A stretch of DNA of 63,641 bases, counting the filler, from Platydemus manokwari (lineage: Eukaryota), in NCBI GenBank assembly GCA_037951405.1. It is 6 parts of 6 records of this genome, joined end to end, with 100 filler letters (N's around TTAATTAATTAA, not from the genome) between each part and the next. Parts side by side here need not be neighbours in the genome. Positions count along the whole stretch, not along the records: positions 53,951 to 63,641 come from JBBMOY011217433.1; 5 more parts are not named here. One strand, given 5' to 3'. The notes beneath the pieces were generated by a model that saw nothing but the letters and a program-made list of their open reading frames with translations, was not told the DNA's origin and searched no databases. The translations under genes were made by a program, and so were the position numbers. Positions 53,958 to 63,641 of this stretch are shown here, one piece after another (position 1 is the first letter of the stretch; every line of letters begins with the position of its first letter).

Positions 53958-54024
<67 letters not shown>
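53951..54024. repeat. (TAA)n microsatellite at contig edge
   Basis: About 24 near-perfect TAA units directly after the linker. Confidence 0.95.
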
Positions 54025-57000
54025 TAAATATAGTGATTCTATTACAAAAATAATATTCTTCTACCGATCAATAATATATTATATTGTTAAACAATAAAAT
54101 GAAGCTGCAATGTCAAGATTTCGATAGATCATACAGATGCTTAGACCACATGAATTTCATTTTACAAATGCAGAGAAAACCATCAAATTGTTGTCTGATT
54201 TCACTTGAATATTTGATAGGATAATTTTATCCTAGAAATGGAAATTCTTTAGATTCAACTATCATTGGAACCGAAAACAATTTTTATTAACTTCTCGATT
54301 ACTTTTGAGATTAAAATGTATGAATATTCTCACTGTTCATCACTATCATGATTGTTTCTTTGGAATTTTTGACTTTTTTGTGATTCTTTATATTTTTTTT
54401 ATGTTTAGGTCGTTCTTTGATTTTAAAAATCTTTCATGCGTTTACTTAATTAAATTCATTATTGGTAATTTAATTTAATGTTTTTATTCTCATTAAATTT
54501 ATAAAAGCACTGACAAGAACCAGTGGTTTCTTTCTTATAAAAAGTGTGACTAAAATAAATGTCCCTTACTCAATTTAAGTAATTTAGTTACAAATTGATT
54601 CAAAGAGAGTTTAGGATATGAGAGAATGAATCAATAGATTTAATTAATAACGAATATCTTTATCTTTTGGTCTCCAAAAATAGCTTAGATTCAATTTTAA
54701 TTGATATGTTCATATGATTGATTGCCATCATAGTGCCAGAAATCAACATCATCACAGTAAACCACTCAATGGATTGTTGGCAGTTTGCTGTTCTTCAACA
54801 TTTTTATTTTCTTTGTCTGGTGTGCATTTTTCTTTCCAACCCACAATACACGCAATACAATGAAGTCCAGTTATTATGCAATCACTGACCGTTTAGAAAT
54901 CACATAATTTTCGGAAATTAGTTTTAAAACCTTTAGTATTATTTTAGTATTTTTTAATTTAATTTCTGGACATTTGAAACATGTTGGGATGGCGTATAAT
55001 TATCGCTCTATATTTGGCGAGATTTATTATCAAGTTATAATGTTAAATTTTAGCCCATAATCTCAAATCGTTAAAAAAACATATTTTGGTAGAAATTGAT
55101 GCTGAATGTCTTTATAAATGGAGATATTGTCACAGACCAGACAATGCTTGATAAATTATAAGAAATCTCTCCCCTTACGCCATAACAAACGATGAAATTA
55201 TAATGTCTAACTTACTTGAAATTTTTAAAATTATTAATTTCTTTTTCAGTCCTCTTTCTTGTCGATTAATCATGATTATTGGATGTTTTGTTTAAAATTC
55301 ATTGAATAGGGGGTTAGGTATTTCTCAATTCTGATTATAAAATAAGTTATAAAATAACACTACCAACTCCATATTTTAAAGTCCTAATCATCACATGATA
55401 TACCACAGGTTAAAAGATGATTTGCCGATGAATATGAGCTTCATCGTCTTTCAATTATAAGAAATTTGTCATGATATTTTTATCCGAGGACTTACCATAT
55501 TTTGAGGTTAAATATTCATCTGAAAATCAAGTATGTGTGAAATTTTAATTGAAATTATAATGATCAGACTAGTAAAATCAATCAAATTGCTTTGTTCGTG
55601 ATAATTTCTAGTAACTACTGTTGTCATTATTATATTTGCTGGTTTTGTTCAATTTAAATAAATAATTAAATTATCTGTTTTGGATGAATTATTATGTTTT
55701 ATTTAACGATTCATTATATGTGCTACATTTTTATCACGTTTATTACTTTTCGGAGTCGTTAGTTTTTTATTACAACAAATTGTATTTTTCTATTATATTG
55801 ATCCTCATTTCTATAACTTACATCGGCCAGTATGTGTGTGTATTAGATACACCATTCACTATTATCAAAAAGGTGATAAATGACAATGATAATGATTTAA
55901 CACAACGAACATTATGATTCCTACAGGCACTTTGCTAATTAACAATAGAACACAGTTACTAACGAAAACATTTATTGACAATGAAAAATAAATTACACCG
56001 ATTTTAAATTATACTTTCAAACCCTTGAATGTTTGGGTTGCATTTATTATATTTTCAAGGAAACTTTCTGATCAATAAACTCTTTTGTGACTATTGGGGA
56101 AATATCTTTCTCAAGATTGAGCATAGGTCTCTAAAAAGTGGAGAATAATTTTACCATTGATTTTGTTTTAATGAATAGATTTATTATAGAGTAAATTTAA
56201 TGGATTTTATTTGTCAATATAAATTCTAGGTTTTATTAATAACAAGAATTATTATTTTGAATTCAATTAATATTATACTTTATTTATCTTGTTCATAAAG
56301 TTGCAATAATCGCCATAAAAATATTCAACATTATTTTTCATGCAAAAATACTTCTATACATCTAATAATATTTTATACATCGATACATAAATCAATGTAC
56401 CATTATGGTCAGATTATTGTAATTTATAATTGTTGATAGCCTCAAATTCCAACGTGTTTATTTATTATATGTCCTTGGAGTATTAGGCAAAAACTATCAA
56501 AATATTTGCAGAAATCATAGGAACAACCTTCAAAAAGTCGATATACACAAGTAAAATGAATCACATCCCAATGGCCAATCAGATTCCTTATGCCGCACAC
56601 CAACAGTAGATATCTAACGTCTAGGTGCGCAGGAACATGAGAGGTAGAAAGAAAAATGCCTTAATACATTTTGAACAAATTAAACAAACACACTAAACAA
56701 TGTATACAAAAAGAGTCAGATTTCAAGCTCAACTGTCAGTCTTTCATGATCGATAAACTCTGTATCTGTCGTGATTCTTCTTGTTATCATCCTAGCAACC
56801 AGCCCTTCAGGGTCGGTAATTTCTGTCGGTGTTTTTATCTTTCGTCTGCTGATCCCATTATGATTTGGAATTTGACTTTTGGAACTTTTATATATCTGAA
56901 TAACTTTGATTTACGATTTTTGAGTGTTGTAAGTTGATAATATTGTTGCATTTGTGCAAATTCTGATTTTACAATAATAGTTTTGTCCAATCAGTGTTAA

Positions 57001-59348
57001 TAAAAATTTAAAGCTATCCAATATGCTAGAGATGAATAGGAGCTAATCCAATGATGACATGTTCTCAATGTTTACATCAAATTAGAAATTTTCATAAAAA
57101 TTTCGTAAAAATCTTAAAATTTTTAAAATACTTATCTAATTTATCTAATAAAGTATTTATTTATTAAATCATTTACTTAACCTGAGCTCTCAATAGTAAT
57201 TGTTATTAGGATATTATTAATCATAGGGTCTATTTATATTATTATGCATTACATTTATAGAAAAAGCTTCTTTCTCCAATCAATTTCAAAATATTTCGTT
57301 AATGAAAATCAGCAAATTTATCTAATCCTATAAATAACTAATCAAACCAATAAACTTAAAATCGTTATCTCAAACTACATATGCAATATTATAGAATTTG
57401 TCGGTTGAGTAGTTTATTATTGTAAAGACTTATTGGAATTTTATTTAATTTAAAGGCCGTGCAAATCATACGCATGATCTGTAAATCATAAGAACATCAT
57501 AATCAAAGCTTCAATGTGCAATTTGTGATGATTCGATGCTGACATAATGATTGATATTTACTATAAATTGTAATAAATATTTTCTATCTTCTTTGATTTT
57601 CATTTATTAAATAAAGCAAATCCATTGAAAATTAATTTGAGAGAAAGAATGGTTTGAACAATTTAACGGAATCACAATATTCGGTTCTTTTACAGTAAAA
57701 CAAATCCAACTGTTCAGAATTAGAACTTCATTGAAACTGTTGAATAGTCAGCTTCAATATTTCGTTTTCTAGTTTATTGAATTTATGCAATAACTTTAAT
57801 GGTACAGTTTATCAATTTGTATAAATTTATAATTCGCCTATGAAAATTCAGTAATTTATGAAATAATTTTAAAATATTTCTTGATTAGAATTATTAACAG
57901 CATACCAAACCATTATCAAATAATTTTTTCCACTGAGCTACCAATTGCACTGCGAGATAGGTCTTGAAATAGTATTTAAAATTTATACTAATGGCGGGAA
58001 GCTTTAATTTTGTAGAATATAAGTGTAACACAAAAGTATATTTAGTGTAAAAATTTTAATTTAAAAATGAAGAACAAATTTTTAAAGATCTGATAAATTG
58101 AAAATTGCTGATATTAAGAGTCCGTTATTTTGATAAAGGCCTTTAATGCAATCATAATAATTTAATTACATATACTTTTCGTTTCGTTTAGAAATCCATT
58201 CACATTTCATAATTTGTAACATGAAGTTCTTTCATTGAATTTTAAGGTATTTTGATGAAATTTAATAAAAAAAAAACGATTACATAATGTTTTAAATTAA
58301 CTTTCTTTTTGGATAATGATTGTTAATACGAAAAGAATCTTTTAATAACATTTAATCTATCAAAATAATTCTGGATAAAATTAATCATGCTTAAAATCAT
58401 GACGTCAACATTTGTGGAATATATTACAATTATTTGTCGAGAAATTTTTTAAAAATGAAACATATTGGATTTAATTTTTTTAAAATGGTGTAATTCTTGA
58501 TTGTGAATGCCACTGAGAGAAATTAAAATTTATCCGTCACATACAAACGTGTGGTTTATTTTATTTTATTTACTCGAGTCTTCGGTTATACCCTGAATAT
58601 TTTTATTTATTTGACAAAATTCTTTTGACTACCAGTTGTATTCTCGCATGTCATCTTTTTAAACGACTAAAACATGAATTTTAAAAAGAAAAGATTAAAT
58701 TTTTGTGGTATTTATCGAAGAATTATTGAAGGTAGTCATAGTGTATTTAGGTGGCTCTCGGAAATAAAGTAGACAAATCAAGTCTTGTTTAAGTTTACCA
58801 GATCTTGATCTATTAATGGTAAGAATTTGGTTATATATCATCGCAAACCTAATGTTGTGAACAATCGTGTAAGATTTGGCCAAGATCTTTCATAATTTAT
58901 TACCCGTAAAGGTATTCAAAAAAAGAATTTCATATTTAGTTCATACGCTAATCTATGAAATAAGTTAATTATTATCGCAAAATTAATTATTGATTACGTC
59001 ATAATTAATCCAACTCATCTAAAGCAGTATCCAAAGCAAAGGATTACATAATCGATTCTTTGGAGATGTGATTTGATAGTGCTATTCGTTTCTGTAACTA
59101 TATCTTTCCAGAATCTGTTGATGCAAATAGTAGTACAAATTTTCAGAGAAAACGAATCGCATAATTATTTTTTTATTTTCAAATTTATCACAGATCACTT
59201 TCAAAGCCATTTTCACAGCCTGCCAATCGGAAAAAAAATTAAAATCAATCGACCGTACAAAAAAAACAATGATAACCCTAAATAATATATAGTAATAATA
59301 TCTTTCTATGTACAGTAATAATAATTGTGGAAGGAAAATTAAAAAAAA

Positions 59349-60816
<1,468 letters not shown>

Positions 60817-60959
60817 TGAGATGAGAAACTGTCGGACAGTAAGTAGCGTACTACTATTGAAGAAATGACGACAACAACAATGATTGAAATAAATATCACA
60901 AATGACTTGCAAGCAGGTTTAATAAATAAATTTCTTCACACTTGACAATTTAATGATTC

Positions 60960-61240
60960 TCAAATTTTCTGATTGATTGCTTGTTTATGACTTTCGGGTA
61001 ACCCTTTTCAGCGATTCTATGGATTCTGTATATTTTTAATTATCAAATTTTTTTACTGGATCTTGCGCACTGTGCGCTTTATATTGATGAGTTGTATTGC
61101 ACTGCAGCGCGACACACTGACACCCACACATTTCTGTTGTTCAACCACCGATGCTGCAAATGAACAATTACAGGAATCGAGATCTTTTGTCAACTATGCC
61201 AATGTGTGTATGAGTTGAGAGACACACACGCTATCATTGT
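60960..61240 (-). promoter_or_regulatory. Putative foxJ1 proximal promoter/enhancer
   Basis: Locally GC/CpG-enriched patch 150-420 bp upstream of the ATG (TGCGCACTGTGCGC, GCAGCGCGACACAC), with a forkhead-type TGTTTAT (~60982) and an RFX half-site-like GGTAAC (~60997). Confidence 0.35.
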
Positions 61241-62215
61241 TGGTGATAAAAATTAAAATAAATTAATTCATCAATTAAATATTAATTTATTAATACGAGA
61301 AATTTGATAAAATCTTGATAAAATCGCTTTTGTTTAAAACATTAAAACAAATGTTTTCGATTTGATTAAAAAATTCTACAAATCGTAGAAGGAATGAATA
61401 CCATGGGAATCAATATTGAATTCTTAGACCAAATCGATAAATCTGATCTCCTTTCGAGCTTTATAAAATCTTTTTTAGTTGTGTATTTTGTTCCCGTTGT
61501 TTTACTGAATTATTTTCATTAATCTTGTTCATGTATCTTCATTTTATGTAGCACTTTTCGAAGAATCGATTAATCAAATGACAGAAATTGTACATCGATT
61601 GGAGAATATTCAAAATCAACAATTACATTCAATGACAAGGTCATCTAACGGACTCGATGACGTCTGTCTTCAGTGAAATGCACAAATTCACGTTTAAAAA
61701 ATAACGATTTTAATTGCTAAAATTATAAAATCAAGGTCAACCATTGACGATTTGAAAAAAAAAATATGCTCAGAGGAGAATGATTTAGCACGCACCACAA
61801 TGAAACTCAGTTGAATGCCAAATTCAAAAATAATGATTGAAGGTTATCAAATTATAACTTCAGAAACAAATCAAAAATTATTGTTAAGAGTCAATATTTG
61901 TTTAACCACACTAATAACACATACGACCATTCACAAACAAAAACGATTAGAAATGGCGGTACTTAGGTGCGAGACAAAATCAGGAGAGAGCAAATGAGAG
62001 AGAGATAGAGTGAATGTGAGTGTGCTGCGATTTAACAATGGCTGGTAGCAGAAATAAAATGCAAGCTTTTAATAATTCAACATGTTAATAATCACTTTAA
62101 ATGGCATTTTGTATTTTTTTTGTCAATCTCTCACCTTTAGAAAGTACAATAAAATTTGGTATTAAACATTGTTGTGACACACATCGTTACGATAATTGGT
62201 GCATCACTATTATCG

Positions 62216-62268
62216 TTGATGATGATGATAATAATAATAATAATGATAATATTAATAATAATAATAAT
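62216..62268. repeat. Compound (GAT)n/(AAT)n microsatellite
   Basis: GATGATGATGATAATAATAATAAT... trinucleotide run; source of spurious poly-D/N/I/L ORFs. Confidence 0.85.
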
Positions 62269-63140
62269 ATGCAGAGTAATTGATTTTGATTATTATTGCA
62301 GTGGTTTGAAACCAACTGGTGATTTAAACAGCTCTCAGTTGACGTTTTGACCAAGTGACCATCGGTAGAAATCATCAAACGTTTTATTAATGATTAAAAA
62401 CAAATGCTTAAGTGGTCATTTATTGATGTCGATTTTCAGGTTTCTGTGCATTCTAACAAGCAAGTATTGAAAATGGATAATCGAAGCCAATGAAAACATA
62501 AATAATTTACTGAATATCCAATAATATTAAAATCTGTAAAAATGGTGGTTAGAATAACAATTATAATACCAATTCCAGGACAGAAGATTCTATTTCTAGA
62601 AAATTTCAGATGCTTAATGGTAGATATAATTTTCGGTCCAACGGTGGTCTTAATTGGTAGTTAGTTACTGAATGAGTGATTGCACACACCCATACACATA
62701 AATATATACTTTAATTTAAATTCCTTTCCGGAATTAGATATTTTTTTATTGATTTTGATAGAGATTAAAATTATCTCGCTCATTATGTGATCACACATAT
62801 TTGATGAATAAGTTGTGATCGAGGCATTTAAGAGTTGTATTATTTTAGATCACTTGTAGATTGTTAATTTGGCATATAATATAAAATTCGATTCTCTATT
62901 GTGGTAATGAATAATTTTAATTTTTTTAATGGTTTCTCATACGTATACACTAACCAATGATAATGATGGCGAGAGATATTGATAAATCGAAAAGACTACA
63001 ATATCGGTCTATCACTGTACTACTTGAGAGCACTAATAGTTAAAAATACGAATCATTGATAATATTTGCTTTATTTATATTAATATTTTAAATTTAATAG
63101 AAAATAAAGAAATAATTTAATTGGTTTTAATTTAAAACCC

Positions 63141-63641
63141 GGGTTCTTTGACCTACTTACGTAATGATGAATTTTCGCGTATTAAGTAATTTCATAACAT
63201 AATTTTTTTTTTTATATATAATTGCGTTGTTTGATTTATTGGTATAATTCAGTTAATATATCACTTTTAAGACGTTGAATAGGGATAAAATATTTTTATA
63301 AACCAAGTTCCTATTCTAATCACAATTCTATATGAGTTTTTCATTTTGTAATTTTAAATTCATTTAATTATAAATAAACACAAGAAACTCATGACATGCA
63401 TAATAGTCTAATATCATTTGTTTTTATCAAATAATTGTACATATTTAAAGCATATCTAAATTTGCTTCATCGCTAATTTTCAATAAATTGCAATTTGTCA
63501 TCATTTGATCAGTTTTTCAAATAATCAAATTTTGGGAGATTTTGAAGTTCTATTCTATTTAATGTTTGATTTCAAACAACTAAAATTCTTCTTAAGTACT
63601 TCAATAAAAAATTCAAAATGTTTTTAAAGAATATAATTAAA
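63141..63641 (+). repeat. Dispersed AT-rich repeat, copy 2 (runs off window end)
   Basis: Colinear similarity to 18837-19297. Confidence 0.8.

Noticed and set aside
44800-59300. Short 60-90 aa F/I/Y/L-rich ORFs in the long non-coding stretch
   Set aside because: Composition expected from random AT-rich DNA; no splice-consistent model or domain.
62101-62378. Three overlapping ORFs with poly-D/N, poly-I and poly-L
   Set aside because: Products of a trinucleotide microsatellite.

Overview
AT-rich eukaryotic (metazoan) genomic DNA, not prokaryotic. The ~50-60 nt GT-AG introns, base composition, TE content and a divergent foxJ1 suggest a flatworm, most likely a triclad planarian; this is inference. 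The window is six ~10-12 kb contigs joined by artificial 100-nt N-linkers containing TTAATTAATTAA, so adjacency across linkers is unproven. Genes reconstructed by hand: (1) a 10-exon, ~1,015-1,025 aa type I membrane protein (minus, 10956-19632) with signal peptide, about nine highly divergent Ig-like domains mostly encoded one per phase-1 exon, one TM helix and a short tyrosine-free Lys/Pro/Ser tail. This is the best candidate for an undescribed receptor system. (2) A 3-exon foxJ1 (minus, 59349-60816, 449 aa). (3) An intronless ~485 aa HEAT-like ORF resembling a divergent CLASP TOG domain (minus, 39134-40591). (4) Two partial coding fragments near contig edges. The rest is largely decayed TEs: an L1/Tx1-like LINE, several Ty3/Gypsy remnants, an IS630-Tc1-mariner fragment, a structurally complete 754-bp miniature LTR element (LTRs, PBS, PPT, 4-bp TSD) with a related solo LTR, and a dispersed ~470-bp repeat. 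I found no tRNA, rRNA or CRISPR. All homology calls rest on motif recognition; no searches were run.
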